Part shown: positions 37,541-49,659 of the stretch, piece after piece
Layout: each line of letters opens with the position of its first letter
How positions within the stretch are numbered: the stretch's first letter is position 1
From: Felis catus
Taxonomy: Eukaryota
NCBI RefSeq assembly: GCF_018350175.1
Contig: NC_058383.1
Coordinates: forward strand, 12,464,001-12,528,000
Direction of reading: 5' to 3'
DNA length: 64,000 nucleotides
Made by a program: the position numbers and the translations under genes
Notes under the pieces: generated by a model
Databases searched by the model: none
What the model was told of the DNA's origin: nothing
The model's input: only the letters and a program-made list of their open reading frames with translations

Positions 37541-37665
37541 GGGCACCTGAGTGGCTCAGTCGGTTAAGCATCCGACTCTGGATTTCGGCGGAAGTCGTAA
37601 TCTCATGGTTTGTGAGTTCGAGACCTGCATCAGGCACTGTGCTGGCAGTGTGGAGCCTGCTTGGG

Positions 37666-37709
<44 letters not shown>

Positions 37710-37762
37710 CTTCTCTCCACCCCTTCCTAGCTCTCTCTCTGAAAGTAAATAAATTTTAAAAA
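37541..37762 (+). mobile_element. SINEC (Fc2-like)
   Basis: Head, (CT)n, TSD 'tatatttacca'. Confidence 0.93.
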
Positions 37763-37961
37763 TATATATATTTACCAAAATTAAAATTGCTTTCAGAATA
37801 AGTGGATTTTTCAGTGATGTTTTGTAACTTTTAGCTCCTTTCTATGTTATTTTATCACTGTTCTTACCCTTAAGACTTACTAAATGCTCAAAATTCATAA
37901 AATAGTCTGCTTTAAGATAACACTATTTATTGTGCACCCACCAACTATTACATGATTTGTC

Positions 37962-38011
37962 TTTTTTTTTTTTTTTAAGTTTATTTAAAGAGACAGCGTG
38001 AGCGGGGGAGA

Positions 38012-38047
<36 letters not shown>

Positions 38048-38173
38048 CCCAAGCAGGCTCCCTGCTGTCAGCTGCAGAGCCAGCTGTGGGGCTCAAACCC
38101 ACAAACCATGAGATCGTGAGCTGAGCCGAAACCAAGAGTCGGAGGCACAACCGACTGAGCCACCCAGGTGCCC
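37962..38173 (-). mobile_element. SINEC (Fc2-like)
   Basis: Reverse SINEC, TSD 'tgatttgtctt'. Confidence 0.93.
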
Positions 38174-38574
38174 CACGTGATTTGTCTTGTTGGAACTTTG
38201 CAGCAATCCTTGGAAGTATAATATTTTTTACCTCTATTTTTTAAATGAGGCAACTAACACTTTGATGTGTTAAGAAAGCGGCCCACGGCCACACGGCAAG
38301 CGAACGGCAGAGCTGGGACAGTAGTTCGGGACGGTCATGTTCTCCGTCATTGTACTGAGCTGCTGTGAAAAAGGCAAACAACTCAGGCCCTATCCAGGAA
38401 GGACTTAGCACGACATCCGCGAGCGCAATTTCCCCGTGCTATCTATTCTCCAAAGCCGTAATGAGCAAATCATCGTGAACGCAGATCAAGTTTCACAAGA
38501 AATGTTCGGCACTCACAGGCCTGTTCGAAATCGAATCGCTCGATCCTCTTTATATACCGATATCAGATACTGAG

Positions 38575-39060
38575 GTGTAAACATGTCTGTAAATTGTTCG
38601 ACTTTCTTCCCATGGAGGCGCAGTATCTGTGCCCCCTTCCCCTGAAGCTGAACTGGTCTTAGTGACGGAACACGTAGAACGCACTAAAAACAATACCCTG
38701 CCAAGGCTTTCATCTGGCTCACTGGGCCACTCCCTTTTGAGTCTGGAAGCACCTACGGCCACCCCGACTGAAGAAGCTCAGGCCACGAGAAGGTGGTCCA
38801 GCTCACAGCCCCTCCTGAGAACCCGGCCAACGGCCAACGTTGACCGCCACACGCTCGAGCGACGACGCCTCCGTACAAAACGTAGCCTCCAGATGACAAG
38901 CCACCCCCAGCCACGGAGTCTTCCCGGCTGGAACGGAGACCCCGTGGGTCAGAGGCAAGCCACCTCTCTCTAATTCCTGACCCACACGTTTCATAAGCAT
39001 GATATAACGGTTGCCTCGTGCCACCGAGTTTTGGAGCGGTCCACTGTGCCTCGGTGGTCG
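38575..39060 (+). mobile_element. MaLR LTR (MLT1F/G-like)
   Basis: 'tctgtgcccccttcccctgaagctgaactggtcttagtgac...ctaattcctgacccacac...ccaccgagttttggagcggt'. Confidence 0.7.
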
Positions 39061-39350
39061 TCAGCGCGCACGTCAGCTTTGATGTCGGCCCGTTCCTTTC
39101 ACGCCTGTCCGTTTTGCTGAGCTCCTGCCAGTTGGACTGAAGGCTTGGGGGCTATTTGGCCAGGAGTGACGGGCTCTGACTTCCTTTTCCATAAAACTAG
39201 CACAAGCTGCAAGCTCCCTGAAGGCAGGAATGCGTTTGTCATTTTGACAATTGTGTTTCAGCCACAGCCACGGTGCCCGGAGCCTACGGGTAGGCTGCTT
39301 CGGTGATCTATCACGTTCTTGAAGCCATTCCAAAACGTAGTGGCTGAGCA

Positions 39351-39572
39351 CAGGGTCAGCAGATTATGGGCCGCAGGCAAACCCAGCCTGCCAACTCTTT
39401 TTGTAAATAAAGTTTTATGGGAACACGGCCACGCTCATTTATTTACATATCGTCTACAGCTGCTTTGGCTGCAGTGGCAGAATTGACCGGTTGCCACAGA
39501 GACTATGAAGCCCTCCTTCTAAGCCTAAACTATTTACCATCTGATCCTTAACCAAAAGTTTGCCAGCCCCTG
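39351..39572. mobile_element. MER58A-like hAT-Charlie MITE
   Basis: Termini caggg...cccctg and 'tttttgtaaataaagttttatgggaacacggccacgctcatttatttacatat'. Confidence 0.9.
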
Positions 39573-40689
39573 GTTTAATGCAGCGATGATTTATTATTTC
39601 TCTCAATTCTGCGGTTGGCCGGGCTCGGCCGAGCAGGGTTTTTTCCTCCTCTGCATGACCACTGACGAGGCTGCTTTCTCCTGAGAGCCAGCCCGGTGCT
39701 AGAACATCCCAGGTGGTCCACTCGCGCGTCTAAAGCCTTAGCGCTCTCGGCTGGGGCATCTTGATCGTCCGTGCAACCGACTTCTCTCTGGCTTCTCAAC
39801 GTTCATTCGTCTATCCCAACTGTCTTCACTGAAACTTCCAAGAAGGAACAGAAGCAGAAACTACCAAGCCTCTCAAGATCCAGGTCCAGAACACCCTTGC
39901 GTTCTGTTGGCCAGGGCAGGTCACAAGTCAGTAGAGATGGAAGGAGAGTGACCCTCCACTCCCGCTCGGAAGGAGCACCTTGGAAATACAGCGAGAGCAG
40001 AAACCGTGCCTGGCCATCTCTGGATCTACAACATAAAGCACGCAGCCAATATTCGCTGAGTGAACGCAGGAGAGCCCACAAAGGCACAACAGTAGAAGGA
40101 AACGCTTATCTACGGAGGGAGGCCAGGTCTCCACGAGCTGTCGGCACTGAGAAAGTGCCGTTGGAGCTGAAGAAATGCACAGGTTCCGGGTGAGCACAGA
40201 AAGAGAGAGACACCAGGAACACAGTCAATGAAGTCATCTGGGGACGGGAGGCTGCGAAGGGGAAACGGAGGGGAGATCAGATACCAGGTCTGCACGCCAG
40301 GAGACACCAAATATCCTCAGAACAAGTACGAGAATCAGACTCCATGGGTCAATGTCAGACAAGAGCTAGCACCGTGACTGACGGGGAAGCAAAGGAACGG
40401 ACCTCTGTGGGTTTCCACAACGTGCAGATGAACGTACGGGATGGCCTTCTACCATATTGGTGCTGTGTCAGACCAGATGGCTGAGCTCGTGGATGTGATG
40501 GCCCAGGCTCATGAGTTGTGTCACAACAGCATCTGACGGGAAACAGTCTGAACTTAGCTAATAGACTTGGAGGAACGTGTTACCACCCAAGAAAAGAGCA
40601 TAGCATCTTCAGCAACAGCCAAAAAGCATTACCTTCCAATGGAAGATGTAGGGTTGCAACCAACAGGGCCAATGACTCAGCTGGCACAG

Positions 40690-40875
40690 TGACGACCCTT
40701 GTTCTTTATCTCACGCAATTCTGTGAGGAGGTTAAAATGTCCCCCACTTTACCAAGGAGGAAACTGAGGCTCGGTGAGATCAAAGAGCTCTCTCAGACAC
40801 ATGTGGTTAACATACAGAAGGGGCAGGATACGGACCCAATCCCGCTGGAGTCTCAAACAGTCACGTTGCTTCCCC
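40690..40875. mobile_element. MIR fragment
   Basis: 'ccccactttaccaaggaggaaactgaggctcggtgagatcaaag'. Confidence 0.75.
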
Positions 40876-41159
40876 GTGGAATACAGAAATCGCCATGTAA
40901 GGAAAAAATAAAAATGTGAGGCTCTGTCTGCCTAGAGGAATGTGTCTCAAAATATGTCCCAAGCCAGACTAGTATTCTGAGATGGTCCCCCAAAATAATG
41001 ACCCCGAGGTAAATAAGTATGAGAGCTGATATAAGGTAGGGTCCCCTTTTGAAAGTCACACGATCGCTCCCGTAATTAGACAGAAATCCGAATCTCTTTA
41101 CATGTACTGTCCAATAATATCCTGAGGAACTAGTGTTTTTAAGGAACATACTTTGAGAA

Positions 41160-41363
41160 CACGCCTGGGTGGCTTGAGCTTCCCACGTCGGCTCAGGTCA
41201 TGGTCTTGCGGTCATGAGTTCGAGCCCCGTGTCGGGCTCTGTGCTCACAGCTCGGAGCCTGGAGCCTGCTTCCGATTCTGTGTCTCCTTCTCTGTCTGCC
41301 CCTTCCCCGCTCTGTCTCTCTCTCTCTTTCTCAAAAAATGAATAAACATTAAAAAAAAAGAAA
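41160..41363 (+). mobile_element. SINEC_Fc-family SINE with a deletion in the head
   Basis: SINEC body and A tail, short TSD 'gagaaca'. Confidence 0.9.
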
Positions 41364-41859
41364 AGAGAACATACTATCTAGGAAGAAGCAGCAGTCAGAC
41401 AGCACTATTTTTATAATCTCATTAGATATGTAACCGCGGAGAACACATTTTTGGCAACCGCTAGAATCTGGAGTACCCAATGAAGGCTGAAATGGTTCTA
41501 AGACAAATAAAAAGAGGCCTCCTTCTTCGCAGTCTAAAATAAGCTCATAAACCTTGCCGCCACACTAAATTAAAATATTAAAAAGCCCTAATCAGGTTAT
41601 TAAAAAATAGACCCCGCGGGCCTCCCAAGAGTGGCTGTAGGTCTCAGCGTTAGAGACACAATGTTGTACCGGAACCTCTGTACCACTCCAGCCCTTTGCA
41701 GAAACAGAGAGCCAATCCGACCCAGTTCATCTGGCCTGTCGTGGCTGGCTAGGGGTTAACTTCTCCTGCCTGCTCTGTAAGGCTACCTGGAAAAGTCAGC
41801 CTCTTTCTATCTTGCCTCGTTTACGTAATCCCGGTAACTTAGAAAGGACGGGGTAGCTA

Positions 41860-42730
41860 CTGGTGCATTGCCGGTGGAAATGTAAATGTTGCAGCTGCTA
41901 GAGGAGGCAGCATGGAGTTTCTCCAAAAATAAAAATAGCATTGCCATAGGATCCAGCAATTCCACTTCTGGGTACGCGCCCAAAAGAATTCAAAGCAGGG
42001 GCTCGAGGAGATATTCGCACGTCGGTGTTCACGGCAGCACTAATCTCCGGAGCCGGAAGGCAGAAGCAACCCGTGTCCGTGACGGGCGAACACACGAAGA
42101 GAGAGTGACAGATACATCCGATGGAGTATTATTCAGCCTTTAAAAAGGAAGGAAATCCTGACACCTGCTCGGGCGGCTGGACCTCGAGGGCATGATGCTT
42201 GGTGACATATGCCAGTCACAAAAAGACATACCATACGATGCCACTCGCGGGAGGTGCTTACGGTAGCCGGATTCATAGAGACAGAACGCAGCGTGAAGGG
42301 TGCCAAGGGCTGGGGGACGGGGAACGGGGAGTTCCTGTTTTAAGGGTAAGAGTTTGAGGGGCGCCTGGGTGGCGCAGTCGGTTAAGCGACCGACTTCAGC
42401 CAGGTCACGATCTTGCGGTCCGCGAGTTCGAGCCCCGCGTCGGGCTCTGGGCTGATGGCTCAGAGCCTGGAGCCTGCTTCCGATTCTGTGTCTCCCTCTC
42501 TCTCTGCCCCTCCCCCGTTCATGCTCTGTCTCTCTCTGTCCCAAAAATAAATAAACGTTGAAAAAAAAAATTAAAAAAAAAAAAAGGGTAAGAGTTTGAG
42601 TTGCATCAAATGGAAAGCGCATGAGACGGACGGAGGTGACTTGTATTTAATAGCATCAAACTGCACGCCTGAAAATGGTTAAGGTGGCAAATTTGGGGTT
42701 GTGTATGGTTTAGACAATAAAAAAAAAGAA
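41860..42730 (+). mobile_element. L1MB-like 3' end interrupted by a SINE
   Basis: 'gatccagcaattccacttctgggtac...atggagtattattcagcctttaaaaaggaaggaaatcctgacac...aaaatggttaaggtggcaaattt'. Confidence 0.9.
42358..42583 (+). mobile_element. Young SINEC_Fc
   Basis: Near-consensus, perfect TSD 'aagggtaagagtttgag'. Confidence 0.97.
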
Positions 42731-43400
42731 AGAACTGATGTGAGGGCTGGATTGCATTAACTTGCATCTAGCAAGGGAAAAGGAAGCCTTTCTAACACAG
42801 AAGCTGAGCCCTGACCTCTCCGTGCTCCTGGCTAGAATCAAACGAGGACAGCACGGGGACCTTCCGCCCAGTCCCCGGAACGGCTCTCCCAGAGGGAAGA
42901 GGCAGGCGAGTCCATACCCACGGCAGGGGCCACGCGTTCGTCGCCTGCCACCCAATCCTGCATTCACACCAGGCAGGGGGCAAGGATCCCACACGTCTAA
43001 CTTACCGCCGGCCTTACGGTCCTCCTCCTCCCGCAGAAAGTTTCACGCTGAACAAAAGAACCGGTTTCGACAACAACAAAGAATTGCTTCAAACCTAATG
43101 AGGATCAGGTATGGAAAGAAGCAGGAAGCCCCGTCTCTCTTTTCTGTTTCCTCTTTTTGCCATGAGAACAAGGCAGGGCTCGTGACACCGGGCTCTGGAG
43201 GGCACCCAGGACGGGTCGGCCTTCGACAAGGGCTGCCATTCACCCGCCTCTGGGTTACCTGGTCCTCGAAGCCTCTTAGACCCTGTAAGGTCTGTGTTAA
43301 CGCATCTAGGTGGTTCAGCCTCCAACTCTCAGTCTCAGCTCAGGTCTTGATCTCAGGATCGTGAGTTCAAGCTCCGATCCTACTTAAAACAAAACATAAC

Positions 43401-43401
<1 letters not shown>

Positions 43402-43442
<41 letters not shown>
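43402..43442. repeat. (GAAA)n microsatellite following a short old SINE (~43305-43390)
   Basis: Direct reading. Confidence 0.9.
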
Positions 43443-43443
<1 letters not shown>

Positions 43444-43549
43444 GATACAAGTAAATACACCTTTTCACTCAAAGGCTTTGTTTTCAAGAGATAACTTCTG
43501 CACAAAAATCTATATGCATTAGAATACGGATCTCAGAATAATGTCCAAT

Positions 43550-43758
43550 ATTTTTATTTTTTTTTTAATGTTTATTTATTTTTGAGAGAGGGAGAGAGAG
43601 CGCACAAGCTAGGGAGGGGCAGGGGGGTGGGGACAAAGGATCGGAAGCAGGCTCTGCTGTCTGCACGGAGCCGGATGTGGGGCTTGAACTCATAAACCAC
43701 AAGATCATGACCTGAGCCAAAGTCAGATGCTTAACCGACTGAGCCACTCAGGCGCCCC
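43550..43758 (-). mobile_element. SINEC
   Basis: TSD 'gaataatgtcca'. Confidence 0.95.
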
Positions 43759-44076
43759 GAATAATGTCCAGTATTGAGAAACTGCAGATAATCTAAATAT
43801 CTGATGATCTTACAATAGCTAAGTAAGGTATGAGAAATTCGTTTGATGATATATTATACAGTCACTAACAATAATTATGAAGAACGTGTCACATAGAAAT
43901 TTTCTAGTAAAGCATTAATTAAGAAATTGAGTATTTACATTTATGTCTATACTCTGATTATAAGTATATAGTGTATAGAGATCTACTGGAACAGAATGGA
44001 ACATTGAATATTGTTATCCTAATAAGGGTGGTAGAATTATCACTGACTTTCCTTCCTTTTTAAAATATGTCGTTTA

Positions 44077-44303
44077 GGGGCGCCTGGGTGGCGCAGTTGG
44101 TTAAGCGTCCGACTTCAGCCAGGTCATGATCTCGCGGTCCGTGGGTTCGAGCCCCGCGTCGGGCTCTGGGCTGATGGCTCAGAGCCTGGAGCCTGTTTCC
44201 GATTCTGTGTCTCCCTCTCTCTCTGCCCCTCCCCCGTTCATGCTCTGTCTCTCTCTGTCCCAAAAATAAATAAACGTTGAAAAAAAAATTTAAAAATAAT
44301 AAT
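44077..44303 (+). mobile_element. Young SINEC_Fc
   Basis: Near-consensus, TSD 'aaaatatgt(c/t)gttta'. Confidence 0.97.
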
Positions 44304-44609
44304 AAAATATGTTGTTTAAATTTCAAATTAAACATTATTAGCAGAATGACTTAAAGGCCAAGAAGCACCACCAAATACCATCAGTCTCCATCATAAGACC
44401 CAATTTTCAAAGACTTATAACTCAGATCTTTCGATATGTTTGGATCATACAGGCAGAGAGAGAGAGAGAGAAATATCAAGAAAATACATGCCTTAAAAGA
44501 TTCACATTTCAAATACTGTGTCCTAGACTGAGCCAGCTCACTGCCAGGAAGCACAAGAATGTAACGATGTGAGAGTGTGGAAAGAAAGGTTGGTGGCTCG
44601 TCCATACAT

Positions 44610-45188
44610 TGGACAATTACCACATAACCCAGCAATTCCACTCCTAGGTATATACCCCCAAAGAGCTAAAACAGATGCTCAAAACCAAAAGTTGTACACG
44701 CGTTTCATAGCGGCACTATCTGCTGTAGCCAAAACGTGGAAACAACCCAAATGTCTAAGACCTGATGAATGGATAGACAAAATGTGGTATAGCCATACCA
44801 TGGAGTATTACCCAGCCACGAAAAGGAACAAAGAACTGATAGATACAACACAGACAAACCTTGAAGACATTATACTCAGTGAAAGAAGCCAAACACAAAA
44901 GGCCACGTGTTCTGTGATTCCATCTACATGAGATATCCAAAATAGGTAAATTCATAGGCTGAATGGAAATCAAGTTCATGGTTGCCAGGGGCTGGGACAA
45001 GAGAGAAACAGGACGTGACTGCTTAATGGGCATGAGCTCTCTTTTAAGGGCGATAGAAACTCTTTGGGACGAGATGGAGGTGATAGTTGTGTGACGTTGA
45101 GAATGTACTAAACGTCGCTGCATATACACTTTAAATCGCAAAAATAGTGACATTTTTGTTGTGTATATCTTACCACAATTAAAAGAAA
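44610..45188 (+). mobile_element. L1MB-like ORF2 C-terminus and 3'UTR
   Basis: The 44569 ORF contains the L1 ORF2 C-terminal motif 'PAIPLLGIYP...FIAALSAVAKTWKQPKC...EWIDKMWYSHTMEYY'. Confidence 0.93.
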
Positions 45189-45804
45189 AGCAACACTGGG
45201 TCCATGCCCTCAAGCTCATGACCCCATCGCCAGGAGGTAGGTACCCGGGCTGAAATGTAAGAATAGTCGCTATAGTTGTATCCACAACGCCAGAATAACG
45301 CTTGGCACATTGTGGGGCCTGGGTAAATACTTGCAGAGAGATAGGAGGGAGAAAAGAAAGATAAGAACTGAGGGAGGAAGAGAGGGAGAGGGTAGCCTGG
45401 CATGTATGTTTATTGAATTAAGCACCTTACTACAAACTGTACCTTAGAACCACACGTTCCTTCTGGATAGTTTCAAGGTTATATTCGCATCTCCTTCTGG
45501 AATGCCTTCATGAAAATTTTAACATGCTGCAGCCATACTCTCTCCCTGGAAGCGCTGGGCACTCGAGTTGAATAGACGAGTTGTTTTTCCCCAGAGACCT
45601 AGAAGACAACTCTAAAATGCAGTTGTCAATACTGAGCCAGGTATGACTTGAAGCAAATGACTCACCTACTCCCTGACTCATCCATCCACGAATGGAGACT
45701 GTTCTTGGACAATGACCTTAATACCCCTTTTAGCCCTTGTGCAACTCCCAGTCCGTTGGTTAAGAACAGCCTCTCTTGAATCTGGTTCTAGCCCTGACTC
45801 CTAA

Positions 45805-46515
45805 AACAGGGAATCCTTGCGCACTGCTGCTGGGAGGGCAAACTGGTACAACCACTGGGGGAAAACGTACGGCGATTCCTCTTAAAATTAAAATAAACAT
45901 GCCATTTGACCAGAAATTCCACTGCTGGGTATTTACCCAAAGAAAATGAAAATACGAATTTGAAAAGATACATGCACCCCTGTGTTCTTGCAACATTATT
46001 TACAATAGTTAACAGATATTTGGAAGCCACCCAAAGGTCTATTAATAGATGAATGGATAAAGAAGATGTGATATATGTGCACAGAGGACTATTACTTAGC
46101 CACAAAAAAGAATGAGATCTCGCCATTTGCAACGACATGAATGGACCTAGAGAGTATTAGGCTGAGTGAAGTAAGTCAGTCAGAGGAAAACACATACCGT
46201 ATTATTTCACTCGGATGTGGAATCAAAAAAAACAAAACAAAACAAAACAAATGAACAAACAAGCAAAGCAAAACAAAAGACCCTTAAATACGGAGCACAA
46301 ACTGGTGGTTGCCAGAGGGGAGGTAGGTGGGGGGATGGGCACAATAGGTCAAGGGGGTTAAGAGGTCCAAACTTCCAGTTATAAAATAAATAAGGGGTGA
46401 CACAGGGAGACCACACTTACCAAGGTGAGCACTGAGTCACGCACAGAATTGTCAAATCAATGTTGTACGCCCGACTAATACAACATGGTACGTTAAATAT
46501 ACTTCAGTTAAAAAG
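45805..46515 (+). mobile_element. L1 3' end (L1MA/carnivore-like)
   Basis: 'aattccactgctgggtatttacccaaagaaaatgaaaatac...gccatttgcaacgacatgaatggacctagagagtatta'. Confidence 0.92.
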
Positions 46516-46871
46516 ATCCAAACTCCTGATGGTGCCCCGGGCCCTTTATGACCTGCCTCTGTCTCTTCTTGGACCTCATTTCCACCCTGCCCTTCTGTTT
46601 CTATTGATCAACCACACTGGCCTAGCTCCGTCCTTCACCTGGGTGTTTTCACTAGTCATTCTTTCTCCCTATATGCTCTCCACCTTCTTGGCTCTTCTCT
46701 AACTTGCTGATCCCAGCCTAAATGTTAACATTTTGGTGAGTCTTTCTGTCACTCACCCAAATTATATGATGTCATCAACTCACTGTATTTGAAATATCCA
46801 CATAAAGCTTAAATTTTGTCTCAAGTGATTACTTATTGGATTACTTATCCTTTATTTACTTATTTATGGTA

Positions 46872-46927
46872 TATTAGGGTTCTCCAGAGAAAAAGAACCA
46901 ATAGGAAATAGATATAGACGATGATAT

Positions 46928-46960
<33 letters not shown>

Positions 46961-47010
46961 GACGATGACGATGATGGATGATAGATATAGATGATAGAAA
47001 TAGATAGATA

Positions 47011-47043
<33 letters not shown>

Positions 47044-47484
47044 GACAGATAGATAGAGACAGAGATGTAGGGTTATTATGAGAGCCTGGCTCATGTGATT
47101 ATGGAGGCTGAGAAGTCCCACAATCTGTCATCCACAAGCTAGAGACCCAGGAAAACTGGTGATTCAGTCCAAGTCTGAAGTCCTAAGAGCCAGGAGAGCC
47201 AAGGGTGTAAATCTCAGTCTGACAACAGAAGAAGATGAGGTGAGACGTCCCAGTCCAAACAGTGAGACACAAAGAAAGGGCAAATTTCTATTTCCTCTGC
47301 TTTTTGTCCTGTTCAGGCCCTCCACGGATTGGACGATGCCCACGTGCTTTGAGGAAGATAGATGTACCTTCTTGAGTCTTCCAATTCACATTCTAATCTC
47401 ATGCAGAAACGCTTTCTCAGACATACCCAGAAATAATATTTAACCCACGTGCAATCAAGTTAACACATAAAATTAACCATCTCA
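46872..47484 (-). mobile_element. ERVL LTR (MLT2-like) with an internal (GATA)n microsatellite
   Basis: 'tattagggttctccagagaaaaagaaccaatagga...ggctcatgtgattatggaggctgagaagtcccacaatctg...tcaagttaacacataaaattaaccatc'. Confidence 0.9.
46928..47052. repeat. Compound (GATA)n microsatellite
   Basis: Direct reading. Confidence 0.92.
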
Positions 47485-47878
47485 TTTGGATTATTACCCT
47501 TTTCCTGCAGAGCCCTTCAAGTCCCATGAGAGCAAGAACTTTATCTGTATTACTGACTTCTGTATCTCTAACATTCAGGACTGTGCCTGACACACACGAA
47601 ATGCAACAGTTACCTATTGCTGTGTAACAAATTATTGCAGAGGTTGTAGCATAAAATGACAAGAAACATGAATTTTCTCATACAGTTTATGTGTGTCAGA
47701 ACTTTGGGAGTTGTTCTTGTTCAAGGTCCCTCCTGAGACCGTCACATAGTGTTATTTCTATGATATCTTCTTGGTTACATAGTTTAGTCCTATTCACTCT
47801 GGTAGAGGACAACGTCCTGGTGAATACCAGGAGGCCATCTTGGAAGCTGGCTCCCACACTAGGTGTTCAATTAATATA

Positions 47879-48150
47879 CAGTTGACCCATCGAACAACAT
47901 GCAGGTTTGAACTGCATGGGTCCACTTATACGTGCGTTTGTTTCAGATAAATACCATGCACTACTATAAATGAATTTTCTCTTCCTGATGATTTTCTTCA
48001 TAATATTTTATTTTCTCTAGCTTCCTTTATTGTAATAATACAGTATATAGTACGTATAACACATCAAAATATGTGTTAATTGACTGTTAATATTATTAGT
48101 AAGTCTTCCCATCAACAGTAGCCTATTTATTAGTAGTTAAGTTTGGGGAA
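47879..48150 (+). mobile_element. Tigger2a-like DNA transposon relic (truncated)
   Basis: Terminus 'cagttgacccatcgaacaacatgcaggtttgaactgcatgggtccacttata' preceded by TA. Confidence 0.85.
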
Positions 48151-48217
48151 AGTGTGCCATCAGCAGACCAAAGGCTTTCGGGAGCTCATAAAAAAAAGAG
48201 AGAAAGCATATGGGCAC

Positions 48218-48860
48218 TGTAGATAACAGAACATATTTATGTTGGTCACTGTCCCCAGTTTCTTGACACAAAACTCCTAAAACCCTTGTCAATTCCCATC
48301 CATACACGCCCAATAGGAGGGGCTTCAGAGAGCCTCCAGATGAATGAACACATCCAGACAGGAAAGGTGATGCACCCCAACGCCACGGGGACAGAGACTC
48401 TGTGCTCAGGACCCTCCCAGACTTTGCTTTACGTATCTCTTCATCTGGCTGCACATCTGTATACTTGATCACGTCCTTTAATGAACTAGTAAGCGTACGT
48501 TAAGTATTTCCCTGAGTTCTGTGAGCCCCTTTAGCAAGTTAATTGCACGCCATGAGGGGATCAATGGAACCTCCAATCTATAGCTGGTTGGTCCGAAACA
48601 CGGGTGCCAGTCTGGGCTTGCCACTGGCATCTGAAGCATGTGTCTGAGGGAGATGTGGCGGGACAGTCTGGAGAACCGCGTCCTTAACCTTTGGGACCCG
48701 ATGCCATCTCCGGGTAGATAGCGTCGGAACGGGGTTAAATTGTAGAACACCCAGTTGGTGTCACAGAGAATTGCTTGGTGCGGGAAAACCTCCACACATT
48801 TTATGGCCAGAAATGTCACAAGTGTTTGCGTGAGTGGTAAAACAAAAAAACCAAACACAC
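48218..48860 (+). mobile_element. ERV LTR of the MER21/CarLTR1 type
   Basis: 'ggacagagactctgtgctcaggaccctcccagactt...tatctcttcatctggctg...tttccctgagttctgtgagcc...gggtagatagcgtcggaac...acacccagttggtgtc'. Confidence 0.8.
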
Positions 48861-49302
48861 CGTACATGGGCTGAACTGAGGCTTTTTCTCTACGAAAGAG
48901 AGGAAAGACTGGATTTTTCATTTTAGGCACAACCACATGCTTGTGGGTGGTAATGTCAGATGATAAATAAAACCTTCCTCTGAGGGCCTGGAATGCGTGC
49001 ACTTCCTCCCCCCCCCCCCCAAAAAATGTTAATATGCGCGTTATTGTAACCGTTTCAATACTAGGAATCTATCTTAACAATATAGGCTAGAACGTGTGCC
49101 AAAGAACTACCTGTGAGTGTTTACGTGGGAGTATATTCACCAAAACATTGTCTTGTAATTGCAAAAAAATTAGAAACACCCAAAAGGTAGAGGAATGGTC
49201 ATTACTAAAGAAATTATGAACAGACTCTTAAATACAGAGAACTGGCCGTTGCCAGAGGAGTGATGCGTGAAAGAGAAGTGGATCAAGAGTACGTCTGTCG
49301 TG

Positions 49303-49480
49303 AGCCACCTGGGCGGCTGCATTGGCTCATGATCTCACGGGGTTCAAGCCTCGCATCAGACTCTGTGCTGATGGCTTGAAGCCTGGAGCCTGTTTCGGAT
49401 TCTGTGTCTCCCTCTCTCTCTGCCCCTCCTCCGCTCATGCTCTGTTTTTCTCTGTCAAAAATAAATAACATTAAAAATTT
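49303..49480 (+). mobile_element. SINEC with a damaged head, in an L1 3' fragment
   Basis: SINEC body 'gcctggagcctgtttcggattctgtgtctccc' and tail. Confidence 0.9.
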
Positions 49481-49659
49481 TTTTTAAATCAGGTGAAAAG
49501 GGCAAGTTGTGGAACAGTGGGCAAAGCACGTAACGCCCTTTTGTAAAAATAAAGTCACGCACATATGATTAACCATAAACGCATGTGTGTATGCACGTGG
49601 GTGTAGAAACACACGGGAAAAAAAATCAGAAACTTAAAAATCAACCTGTTGAAAGTGGT

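Noticed and set aside
42358..42440. tRNA genes (A/B-box sequences in SINE heads, here and elsewhere)
   Set aside because: They are the tRNA-derived heads of Can-SINEs, followed by (CT)n, poly-A and TSDs.
42762..43364. 200-aa ORF as a single-exon gene
   Set aside because: Non-ATG start, low-information Pro/Arg/Ser composition, and it runs into a SINE. Only the internal 72-nt segment is kept as an exon candidate.
44569..44931. 120-aa ORF with a recognisable protein motif
   Set aside because: It is the C-terminal remnant of L1 ORF2 in a truncated, decayed L1, not a host gene.
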